The translations under genes and the position numbers were made by a program. From Eledone cirrhosa (lineage: Eukaryota): a DNA stretch of 64,000 nucleotides. Every line of letters begins with the position of its first letter. The first letter of the stretch is position 1. Shown here in pieces: positions 35,101 to 47,330 of the stretch. Below the pieces are notes generated by a model. That model worked only from the letters and a program-made list of their open reading frames with translations, made no database searches and was not told the DNA's origin. The stretch is from contig OZ024746.1 in assembly GCA_964016885.1 (NCBI GenBank), forward strand, positions 82,956,001 to 83,020,000. The letters run 5' to 3'.

Positions 35101-35530
35101 ACAACTAAAGCTGTAACAATAACATATTCTACCATAGACACACGACTACAACAATAACAACTAAAGTAGTAACAATAACATATTCTACCATAGACACACG
35201 ACTACAACAATAACAACTAAAGTAGTAACAATAACATATTCTACCATAGACACACGACTACAACAATAACAACTAAAGCTGTAACAATAACATATTCTTC
35301 CATAGACACACGACTACAACAATAACAACTAAAGTACTAACAATAACATATTCTACCATAGACACACGACTACAACAATAACAACTAAAGCTGTAACAAT
35401 AACATATTCTACCATAGACACACGACTACAACAATAACAACTAAAGCTGTAACAATAACATATTCTACCATAGACACACGACTACAACAATAACAACTAA
35501 AGCTGTAACTATAACATATTCTACCATTGA
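32124..35530. repeat. 56-bp minisatellite, ~61 copies
   Basis: Unit acaacaataacaactaaagctgtaacaataacatattctaccatagacacacgact, with variants concentrated at aaag[ctg/tag/gag/cag/tac]taac. Confidence 0.97.
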
Positions 35531-36551
35531 CATACTGCCACAAATTGTGAGGCAATGTTGGACGATTGTCAATGACCTTAGTAGTTGATTTGACCAAGGT
35601 GATAGGAATGAGATCGATATAGTCAATACTAACACGTGTTACCCAGGATCTGAAGACTGGAGTTAAAGATATCATACATCCGTTTGATCTTAGATGACCA
35701 CACAAAAAAAATCAAAACTGTTTATTAACAAATAAGTGTAAAATTACACACACATGTACACCAGGTCCCAACACAGAGGAACCAAACTCCCACTGTCATC
35801 GCCTCCGTCTATTCTTTCCATCTAGGTCGCGGGCTGGCCAGCGCGTGGGACCCTATTTGCTTATAATATTAAGACTTGTTGACTAGTACATCATTTCAGT
35901 CAGTAATTCAGTAATTGGAAACTACTACGTGTAATAAGGGAAGCTTTAGTTACTAATTAAATATTCATAATCAACGTTATGTACTGAGTACATATTTATC
36001 TGTTTCCCAACTATTATTCATAGTGACCGACTATTTTAAGTCAACCGGATATTCACACCTGTTGCTACAATCTTAAAATCTTCTGAAAAAAGACAATCAG
36101 TCATCCCAACCCCTTAAGGTAATGGTTAAACACACCCAAACAGGTACTTGGAAGTTCCTCTGTCCACATTTTTCTTTCTCCTGGGGTACTATACCCGATT
36201 TTCTAAATTATTATTTATAGCGTTCAATTATTCTTATAGTTATTTACGTTGGGATGACTACATTTCAAATTTCTTATATAAATTATTTTGAACGAGCTAT
36301 TACATAATGACGCCAGTTCAGTGGAGTTGAGCAAATCATAGAGAGAGATAGAGGGTGAGGATCTGATAAAAAAAATTATCTTACGTGAGTAAGAATTGAT
36401 TTACAGTCACAAATAAATCGATATAATTAACACAGCTGCATATTGTAAGCTCCACCTCTTTACAAACACCTTAATTTATTCTGTAGAGATTTCTATTTAA
36501 ATCTGTTCCACGAACTTTATGTCTTCATTACTGTGTGATTAAGGACTTCGT

Positions 36552-36609
<58 letters not shown>

Positions 36610-36637
36610 ACTTATATATATATATATATATATATAT

Positions 36638-39600
36638 AAACAATTAAGTTAAAGATGTACATCCATATATGTATACTGAAATACTAGTATGTATATGAAT
36701 ACACACACGTATACATATGTAGATGTACCAAGTTTTTTCACTGGTCACTTTACTGTGAGTGGCCAGCTATTCTGTATGTAAACACACAGACAAACCGGTT
36801 TTTAGAGTCATACTGGTTTTTGAGGAAACACCTTTCCTATATTCTCCAGAAAGCCAGACAAGGAATATTGAACTAGTTTCGTTGTTGTTACAACTCATCA
36901 GCAATATTTACCTATCTTCCGGCCTCTCTAGAGAATCGTAAAAGCACATATCGTTATATGCTTTTTCTATGAAAATTAGTAGTGGGCAGACTAATTTGCA
37001 TAGAGTGTGAGTAAGTACCGGTTCAACGGAGACGATAAAAACAAATAACGAAACGAAATTAAACTTCGTTTCGTTTGTAACTCACTTTTGTATGACTGAC
37101 GCTTAAACAATTAAGTTAAAGATGTACATCCATATATGTATACTGAAATACTAGTATGTATATGAATACACACACGTATACATATGTAGATGTACCAAGT
37201 TTTTTCACTGGTCACTTTACTGTGAGTGGCCAGCTATTCTGTATGTAAACACACAGACAAACCGGTTTTTAGAGTCATACTGGTTTTTGAGGAAACACCT
37301 TTCCTATATTCTCCAGAAAGCCAGACAAGGAATATTGAACTAGTTTCGTTGTTGTTACAACTCATCAGCAATATTTACCTATCTTCCGGCCTCTCTAGAG
37401 AATCGTAAAAGCACATATCGTTATATGCTTTTTCTATGAAAATTAGTAGTGGGCAGACTAATTTGCATAGAGTGTGAGTAAGTACCGGTTCAACGGAGAC
37501 GATAAAAACAAATAACGAAACGAAATTAAACTTCGTTTCGTTTGTAACTCACTTTTGTATGACTGACGCTTAAACAATTAAGTTAAAGATGTACATCCAT
37601 ATATGTATACTGAAATACTAGTATGTATATGAATACACACACGTATACATATGTAGATGTACCAAGTTTTTTCACTGGTCACTTTACTGTGAGTGGCCAG
37701 CTATTCTGTATGTAAACACACAGACAAACCGGTTTTTAGAGTCATACTGGTTTTTGAGGAAACACCTTTCCTATATTCTCCAGAAAGCCAGACAAGGAAT
37801 ATTGAACTAGTTTCGTTGTTGTTACAACTCATCAGCAATATTTACCTATCTTCCGGCCTCTCTAGAGAATCGTAAAAGCACATATCGTTATATGCTTTTT
37901 CTATGAAAATTAGTAGTGGGCAGACTAATTTGCATAGAGTGTGAGTAAGTACCGGTTCAACGGAGACGATAAAAACAAATAACGAAACGAAATTAAACTT
38001 CGTTTCGTTTGTAACTCACTTTTGTATGACTAACGCTTAAACAATTAAGTTAAAGATGTACATCCATATATGTATACTGAAATACTAGTATGTATATGAA
38101 TACACACACGTATACATATGTAGATGTACCAAGTTTTTTCACTGGTCACTTTACTGTGAGTGGCCAGCTATTCTGTATGTAAACACACAGACAAACCGGT
38201 TTTTAGAGTCATACTGGTTTTTGAGGAAACACCTTTCCTATATTCTCCAGAAAGCCAGACAAGGAATATTGAACTAGTTTCGTTGTTGTTACAACTCATC
38301 AGCAATATTTACCTATCTTCCGGCCTCTCTAGAGAATCGTAAAAGCACATATCGTTATATGCTTTTTCTATGAAAATTAGTAGTGGGCAGACTAATTTGC
38401 ATAGAGTGTGAGTAAGTACCGGTTCAACGGAGACGATAAAAACAAATAACGAAACGAAATTAAACTTCGTTTCGTTTGTAACTCACTTTTGTATGACTGA
38501 CGCTTAAACAATTAAGTTAAAGATGTACATCCATATATGTATACTGAAATACTAGTATGTATATGAATACACACACGTATACATATGTAGATGTACCAAG
38601 TTTTTTCACTGGTCACTTTACTGTGAGTGGCCAGCTATTCTGTATGTAAACACACAGACAAACCGGTTTTTAGAGTCATACTGGTTTTTGAGGAAACACC
38701 TTTCCTATATTCTCCAGAAAGCCAGACAAGGAATATTGAACTAGTTTCGTTGTTGTTACAACTCATCAGCAATATTTACCTATCTTCCGGCCTCTCTAGA
38801 GAATCGTAAAAGCACATATCGTTATATGCTTTTTCTATGAAAATTAGTAGTGGGCAGACTAATTTGCATAGAGTGTGAGTAAGTACCGGTTCAACGGAGA
38901 CGATAAAAACAAATAACGAAACGAAATTAAACTTCGTTTCGTTTGTAACTCACTTTTGTATGACTGACGCTTAAACAATTAAGTTAAAGATGTACATCCA
39001 TATATGTATACTGAAATACTAGTATGTATATGAATACACACACGTATACATATGTAGATGTACCAAGTTTTTTCACTGGTCACTTTACTGTGAGTGGCCA
39101 GCTATTCTGTATGTAAACACACAGACAAACCGGTTTTTAGAGTCATACTGGTTTTTGAGGAAACACCTTTCCTATATTCTCCAGAAAGCCAGACAAGGAA
39201 TATTGAACTAGTTTCGTTGTTGTTACAACTCATCAGCAATATTTACCTATCTTCCGGCCTCTCTAGAGAATCGTAAAAGCACATATCGTTATATGCTTTT
39301 TCTATGAAAATTAGTAGTGGGCAGACTAATTTGCATAGAGTGTGAGTAAGTACCGGTTCAACGGAGACGATAAAAACAAATAACGAAACGAAATTAAACT
39401 TCGTTTCGTTTGTAACTCACTTTTGTATGACTGACGCTTAAACAATTAAGTTAAAGATGTACATCCATATATGTATACTGAAATACTAGTATGTATATGA
39501 ATACACACACGTATACATATGTAGATGTACCAAGTTTTTTCACTGGTCACTTTACTGTGAGTGGCCAGCTATTCTGTATGTAAACACACAGACAAACCGG

Positions 39601-42600
39601 TTTTTAGAGTCATACTGGTTTTTGAGGAAACACCTTTCCTATATTCTCCAGAAAGCCAGACAAGGAATATTGAACTAGTTTCGTTGTTGTTACAACTCAT
39701 CAGCAATATTTACCTATCTTCCGGCCTCTCTAGAGAATCGTAAAAGCACATATCGTTATATGCTTTTTCTATGAAAATTAGTAGTGGGCAGACTAATTTG
39801 CATAGAGTGTGAGTAAGTACCGGTTCAACGGAGACGATAAAAACAAATAACGAAACGAAATTAAACTTCGTTTCGTTTGTAACTCACTTTTGTATGACTG
39901 ACGCTTAAACAATTAAGTTAAAGATGTACATCCATATATGTATACTGAAATACTAGTATGTATATGAATACACACACGTATACATATGTAGATGTACCAA
40001 GTTTTTTCACTGGTCACTTTACTGTGAGTGGCCAGCTATTCTGTATGTAAACACACAGACAAACCGGTTTTTAGAGTCATACTGGTTTTTGAGGAAACAC
40101 CTTTCCTATATTCTCCAGAAAGCCAGACAAGGAATATTGAACTAGTTTCGTTGTTGTTACAACTCATCAGCAATATTTACCTATCTTCCGGCCTCTCTAG
40201 AGAATCGTAAAAGCACATATCGTTATATGCTTTTTCTATGAAAATTAGTAGTGGGCAGACTAATTTGCATAGAGTGTGAGTAAGTACCGGTTCAACGGAG
40301 ACGATAAAAACAAATAACGAAACGAAATTAAACTTCGTTTCGTTTGTAACTCACTTTTGTATGACTGACGCTTAAACAATTAAGTTAAAGATGTACATCC
40401 ATATATGTATACTGAAATACTAGTATGTATATGAATACACACACGTATACATATGTAGATGTACCAAGTTTTTTCACTGGTCACTTTACTGTGAGTGGCC
40501 AGCTATTCTGTATGTAAACACACAGACAAACCGGTTTTTAGAGTCATACTGGTTTTTGAGGAAACACCTTTCCTATATTCTCCAGAAAGCCAGACAAGGA
40601 ATATTGAACTAGTTTCGTTGTTGTTACAACTCATCAGCAATATTTACCTATCTTCCGGCCTCTCTAGAGAATCGTAAAAGCACATATCGTTATATGCTTT
40701 TTCTATGAAAATTAGTAGTGGGCAGACTAATTTGCATAGAGTGTGAGTAAGTACCGGTTCAACGGAGACGATAAAAACAAATAACGAAACGAAATTAAAC
40801 TTCGTTTCGTTTGTAACTCACTTTTGTATGACTGACGCTTAAACAATTAAGTTAAAGATGTACATCCATATATGTATACTGAAATACTAGTATGTATATG
40901 AATACACACACGTATACATATGTAGATGTACCAAGTTTTTTCACTGGTCACTTTACTGTGAGTGGCCAGCTATTCTGTATGTAAACACACAGACAAACCG
41001 GTTTTTAGAGTCATACTGGTTTTTGAGGAAACACCTTTCCTATATTCTCCAGAAAGCCAGACAAGGAATATTGAACTAGTTTCGTTGTTGTTACAACTCA
41101 TCAGCAATATTTACCTATCTTCCGGCCTCTCTAGAGAATCGTAAAAGCACATATCGTTATATGCTTTTTCTATGAAAATTAGTAGTGGGCAGACTAATTT
41201 GCATAGAGTGTGAGTAAGTACCGGTTCAACGGAGACGATAAAAACAAATAACGAAACGAAATTAAACTTCGTTTCGTTTGTAACTCACTTTTGTATGACT
41301 GACGCTTAAACAATTAAGTTAAAGATGTACATCCATATATGTATACTGAAATACTAGTATGTATATGAATACACACACGTATACATATGTAGATGTACCA
41401 AGTTTTTTCACTGGTCACTTTACTGTGAGTGGCCAGCTATTCTGTATGTAAACACACAGACAAACCGGTTTTTAGAGTCATACTGGTTTTTGAGGAAACA
41501 CCTTTCCTATATTCTCCAGAAAGCCAGACAAGGAATATTGAACTAGTTTCGTTGTTGTTACAACTCATCAGCAATATTTACCTATCTTCCGGCCTCTCTA
41601 GAGAATCGTAAAAGCACATATCGTTATATGCTTTTTCTATGAAAATTAGTAGTGGGCAGACTAATTTGCATAGAGTGTGAGTAAGTACCGGTTCAACGGA
41701 GACGATAAAAACAAATAACGAAACGAAATTAAACTTCGTTTCGTTTGTAACTCACTTTTGTATGACTGACGCTTAAACAATTAAGTTAAAGATGTACATC
41801 CATATATGTATACTGAAATACTAGTATGTATATGAATACACACACGTATACATATGTAGATGTACCAAGTTTTTTCACTGGTCACTTTACTGTGAGTGGC
41901 CAGCTATTCTGTATGTAAACACACAGACAAACCGGTTTTTAGAGTCATACTGGTTTTTGAGGAAACACCTTTCCTATATTCTCCAGAAAGCCAGACAAGG
42001 AATATTGAACTAGTTTCGTTGTTGTTACAACTCATCAGCAATATTTACCTATCTTCCGGCCTCTCTAGAGAATCGTAAAAGCACATATCGTTATATGCTT
42101 TTTCTATGAAAATTAGTAGTGGGCAGACTAATTTGCATAGAGTGTGAGTAAGTACCGGTTCAACGGAGACGATAAAAACAAATAACGAAACGAAATTAAA
42201 CTTCGTTTCGTTTGTAACTCACTTTTGTATGACTGACGCTTAAACAATTAAGTTAAAGATGTACATCCATATATGTATACTGAAATACTAGTATGTATAT
42301 GAATACACACACGTATACATATGTAGATGTACCAAGTTTTTTCACTGGTCACTTTACTGTGAGTGGCCAGCTATTCTGTATGTAAACACACAGACAAACC
42401 GGTTTTTAGAGTCATACTGGTTTTTGAGGAAACACCTTTCCTATATTCTCCAGAAAGCCAGACAAGGAATATTGAACTAGTTTCGTTGTTGTTACAACTC
42501 ATCAGCAATATTTACCTATCTTCCGGCCTCTCTAGAGAATCGTAAAAGCACATATCGTTATATGCTTTTTCTATGAAAATTAGTAGTGGGCAGACTAATT

Positions 42601-43142
42601 TGCATAGAGTGTGAGTAAGTACCGGTTCAACGGAGACGATAAAAACAAATAACGAAACGAAATTAAACTTCGTTTCGTTTGTAACTCACTTTTGTATGAC
42701 TGACGCTTAAACAATTAAGTTAAAGATGTACATCCATATATGTATACTGAAATACTAGTATGTATATGAATACACACACGTATACATATGTAGATGTACC
42801 AAGTTTTTTCACTGGTCACTTTACTGTGAGTGGCCAGCTATTCTGTATGTAAACACACAGACAAACCGGTTTTTAGAGTCATACTGGTTTTTGAGGAAAC
42901 ACCTTTCCTATATTCTCCAGAAAGCCAGACAAGGAATATTGAACTAGTTTCGTTGTTGTTACAACTCATCAGCAATATTTACCTATCTTCCGGCCTCTCT
43001 AGAGAATCGTAAAAGCACATATCGTTATATGCTTTTTCTATGAAAATTAGTAGTGGGCAGACTAATTTGCATAGAGTGTGAGTAAGTACCGGTTCAACGG
43101 AGACGATAAAAACAAATAACGAAACGAAATTAAACTTCGTTT
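36638..43142 (-). mobile_element. Hammerhead-containing 467-bp tandem array, 14 near-identical units (retrozyme / Penelope pLTR-like)
   Basis: Period is 467 (identical ORFs at 36759+467k, k=0-13). Only one substitution was noticed (~38032). One HHR per unit. Starts directly after (TA)n. Confidence 0.9.
36864..36908 (-). ncRNA. Minimal type I hammerhead ribozyme, first of 14 minus-strand copies (every 467 bp, last at 42935-42979)
   Basis: AAUAUUG CUGAUGA GUUG-uaacaa-CAAC GAA ACUAGU U CAAUAUU. Canonical core, 7-bp stem I, 4-bp stem II, palindromic stem III and GUU site. Confidence 0.9.
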
Positions 43143-44329
43143 AAAAAACCAGTATGACTCTAAAAACCGGTTTGTCTGTGTGTTTACATACAGAATAGCT
43201 GGCCACTCACAGTAAAGTGACCAGTGAAAAAACTTGGTACATCTACATATGTATACGTGTGTGTATTCATATACATACTAGTATTTCAGTATACATATAT
43301 GGATGTACATCTTTAACTTAATTGTTTAAGCGTCAGTCATACAAAAGTGAGTTACAAACGAAACGAAGTTTAATTTCGTTTCGTTATTTGTTTTTATCGT
43401 CTCCGTTGAACCGGTACTTACTCACACTCTATGCAAATTAGTCTGCCCACTACTAATTTTCATAGAAAAAGCATATAACGATATGTGCTTTTACGATTCT
43501 CTAGAGAGGCCGGAAGATAGGTAAATATTGCTGATGAGTTGTAACAACAACGAAACTAGTTCAATATTCCTTGTCTGGCTTTCTGGAGAATATAGGAAAG
43601 GTGTTTCCTCAAAAACCAGTATGACTCTAAAAACCGGTTTGTCTGTGTGTTTACATACAGAATAGCTGGCCACTCACAGTAAAGTGACCAGTGAAAAAAC
43701 TTGGTACATCTACATATGTATACGTGTGTGTATTCATATACATACTAGTATTTCAGTATACATATATGGATGTACATCTTTAACTTAATTGTTTAAGCGT
43801 CAGTCATACAAAAGTGAGTTACAAACGAAACGAAGTTTAATTTCGTTTCGTTATTTGTTTTTATCGTCTCCGTTGAACCGGTACTTACTCACACTCTATG
43901 CAAATTAGTCTGCCCACTACTAATTTTCATAGAAAAAGCATATAACGATATGTGCTTTTACGATTCTCTAGAGAGGCCGGAAGATAGGTAAATATTGCTG
44001 ATGAGTTGTAACAACAACGAAACTAGTTCAATATTCCTTGTCTGGCTTTCTGGAGAATATAGGAAAGGTGTTTCCTCAAAAACCAGTATGACTCTAAAAA
44101 CCGGTTTGTCTGTGTGTTTACATACAGAATAGCTGGCCACTCACAGTAAAGTGACCAGTGAAAAAACTTGGTACATCTACATATGTATACGTGTGTGTAT
44201 TCATATACATACTAGTATTTCAGTATACATATATGGATGTACATCTTTAACTTAATTGTTTAAGCGTCAGTCATACAAAAGTGAGTTACAAACGAAACGA
44301 AGTTTAATTTCGTTTCGTTATTTGTTTTT
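43143..44329 (+). mobile_element. Inverted ~2.5 copies of the 467-bp unit
   Basis: Reverse complement of the unit; ends directly at (TA)n at ~44330. Confidence 0.92.
43524..43568 (+). ncRNA. Minimal type I hammerhead in the inverted block (second copy at 43991-44035)
   Basis: aatattg ctgatga gttg taacaa caac gaaactagtt caatatt reads directly on the plus strand. Confidence 0.9.
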
Positions 44330-44422
44330 ATATATATATATATATATATATAATCAAGGTTTAGCAAATAGAGAAACAGTTTAAAAATAAATTTGAAAAA
44401 GTTTACTGTACTTACTATATTT

Positions 44423-44506
44423 ACCCTTACCACGCCGTTTCAAGTCTCAAAATAAATGGATAATCCATGCAGACCACCATTGAGAAGAAGACTCTCGTCA
44501 GAGGGT
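44423..44506 (-). ncRNA. Type I hammerhead with extended stem II, in a TA-flanked insert (44352-44791)
   Basis: ACCCU CUGACGA GAGUCU...AGACUU GAA AC-ggcgug-GU A AGGGU. Confidence 0.7.
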
Positions 44507-44789
44507 TCTTCTCACTCGGAGAATATAAAATTCCCCAGTTCAAATCATGAACTGGCGCCATACAGAACTGTGTCCGGATGAGAGTGTATGATAAAGAAAC
44601 AATCTTCTCTAGTGCCGTGTGTAAAGATAGAAGGCAAGGGCGGAAAGGTCAATGTCCTGCCACTAGAAATATCAGCAGCTAAATCGACCAAAATTTTATC
44701 TCGACCTTAGGGGAGATTAATAATAATAAAGTATGTTTTCCTACATGCAAAAAATGCATATAGGGACACATGTATTATCCAACCGTATG

Positions 44790-44844
<55 letters not shown>

Positions 44845-44997
44845 GTAGAGGTTATATTTAATTTGTTGGGATACAACAAGCAAAATATTTTTATAACTGA
44901 TATAAAGCACTCAACAAATTATTGGAGTAAATATACAATTTATTAACAAATATATTAAATATGGTTTTATAAATATAGTTTCCATTTGTTAATATAT

Positions 44998-45071
<74 letters not shown>

Positions 45072-45073
<2 letters not shown>

Positions 45074-45435
45074 AAGAACAAAGTGGAGGTGTTGCATAAG
45101 AGATTTATTGCTCAATCCTGGTTACAAATGTTTCTCAAGCAGCCGGCTCGTAATCTGGGTTGGCATTCCAGATCAGACTCCAAGTCTGAACCTTCTGCGC
45201 ATATCCCCCATAAAATACCGCTCCAGTTACAAATTAAGAAAAGTCATACCTCAGTTTTCTCAGTAAAGCAACAGCCAACTTGCTCCAGTAGTGGGGACAG
45301 GCATATTCAGTCTGCAGTCATTGTATTGCGTGTATTCTAATTCTGTTGTTTTACTCTTCATAATAGCCAACATCTTTACTAACATTCAATCTAGAATTAT
45401 GTTCAAGGGCTGCCTAAACTTTTGAACTATGACTT
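45072..45435 (+). mobile_element. Possible highly decayed Tc1-like transposon 3' end
   Basis: PDQTPSLN resembles the Tc1 WPSQSPDLN motif, and the end gggctgcctaaacttttgaactatgact resembles a Tc1 TIR. Confidence 0.3.
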
Positions 45436-46361
45436 TCTTTCACATAACATTAGACCTTATAATCAGCATGTAATGGAATGACTACACAAGTTCATTACGT
45501 AATCATTTCTTAACATATTGTTTTATTGTGTAATACTATCGCATTATTACACAACGAAATTATTGTATAACAAATGTAGAAGAGAACAAAGCATTGTGTT
45601 ACGGAAGTAATAGTCGTCTGCCATATTGTGCAAGAGACGCGTGGCGTATTATAAATGTTATATAAACTGCAGTATTACATAAGGACGAGAGTCATCCAGT
45701 GACGTGAAAGACATTGCGCATCAGTGATTTCTGTTACCTTATTGTATTTGAAAATCTATTGAAATAAAAGCTTGGTTTCAACAACTATTGATTACAAATT
45801 TAACGGGATTGGGATGGAAATTTAAATGGTCTAAGTAGTAGAATTTGTAGTAATAGCGGCGAGAAAGCCAATTGGAATAAAAGACAGTGTTTATCGATAA
45901 GTTTAGGTTTGTCAGTAAGGTGGTGTGGGGGAATATATTTTATTGTTACCGGTATAAGATCAATAATATCAGTCACCAAAGATGCAATTTCACATACATG
46001 ATTGCTCATAGCGATTTCATACTACGTACATACATACATACACGCATACACACATACATACATATATACATTCGTACATACATACATACACACACATATA
46101 CATACATACACATATACATACATACATACATGCATAGAACTGAAATCAACACTGAAATGGTACTTTAATTATTGAGTTCGAAAGGATAAAAAGCAAAGTT
46201 GACCCCGGGGGGGATTTGAAATCAAAATGGATTGATCCAGAAATCGTAAATCTTTAAAAAAAATGTTGGATGGTCGGTCATGACTGGAACGGATTTGATC
46301 AGAGGTCATTTTGATCTGTGTTGACCTGTGTCAAAACAACAACACCAACAGTGAGCTAAAG

Positions 46362-46567
46362 CAGGCATGTCAAACATGCGGCTCGCGGGTGACATGCGTC
46401 TCTTTACAAGCACACCTGCGGCCCGCACAAAGGTTTTTACAGCGCGAGCATAATATAAAGTAAAAAAATATTTGTTGTAATGTGCACAATTAATTGTCAT
46501 GTGTGGCCCTCAGACAACACATATGTGACCCATGTGGCTTTCGGGGCCCCTCAGTTGGACATGGCTG
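46362..46567. mobile_element. Non-autonomous hAT (Charlie-like) MITE
   Basis: TIRs caggcatgtcaaac / gttggacatggctg, internal cggccc-like motifs, and 8-bp TSD agctaaag at 46354-46361 and 46568-46575. Confidence 0.85.
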
Positions 46568-46759
46568 AGCTAAAGAGTGTACTCTCTCGACCTGTTGACA
46601 ATATCAGTCAGATTTCTTTCCAATTACACCAAACCATCTTAGAATTATTGGATGGTATGGTCCTGGGTACATTGTGCTTGATAATAAGACGGGATGTTCA
46701 CAATTGGAAAGCCTTCGGTCATAGTTCTCTCAAATCAAGATTGTACTTGCGCTAGATAA

Positions 46760-46979
46760 TGGTTTCTTATATAGACACAAGGCCAGCAATTTTGGGGGGA
46801 GGGGAAAGTCGATTAAATCGACCCCATTGCGTGACTGGTACTTTATTTCATCGACTCCATAAGGATGAAAGGCAAAGTTAACCTCGGCGGGATTTGAACA
46901 CAGACCATAAAGGGCTGTAACTCTATGTTTCAAAGCATGACGTCCGACCCTCTACCGATTCTGCCAACCCAAACGCCCT
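46760..46979 (-). mobile_element. SINE family A with TSD acttgcgcta
   Basis: Full core; duplicated flank at 46745 and 46981. Confidence 0.88.
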
Positions 46980-47330
46980 AACTTGCGCTAAATAATAACA
47001 TAGGCACGAGTATCACTTGAGTAATATTCTACCGCTACCATCCATACCATCACCATCACCGCCGCCGTCAGCACCACCATCACCGCCGCCGCCAGCACCA
47101 CCACCACCACCATTACAACCATCATCACCACCACCATTACTACCACCGCTACCACCACCGCCACCACCGCCGCCTCCACAACGACTGTACTAATTACTTC
47201 ATATGCCCCATTGTCTTTCATTGCTAACACCCCCACTCACACAATTGACTTTTCCTTTTCCTTTTCCCCCTCTTTATCCTCTTACCACAACTCCTGGATA
47301 AACGTGCTTTTTAGTGAAATAAACCACTGT

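Noticed and set aside
32124-35530. 56-bp array as a CRISPR array or mucin-like CDS
   Set aside because: No spacers, the unit length is not a multiple of 3, and stops are frequent.
36797-36832. gtttttagagtcatactggtttttgagg resembles type II-A CRISPR repeats
   Set aside because: The intervening sequences are identical 467-bp units rather than unique spacers, there are no cas genes, and the context is eukaryotic.
36759-36941. 60-aa ORF repeated 16 times
   Set aside because: GTG start, no recognisable domain, and antisense to the ribozyme; a by-product of the repeat.
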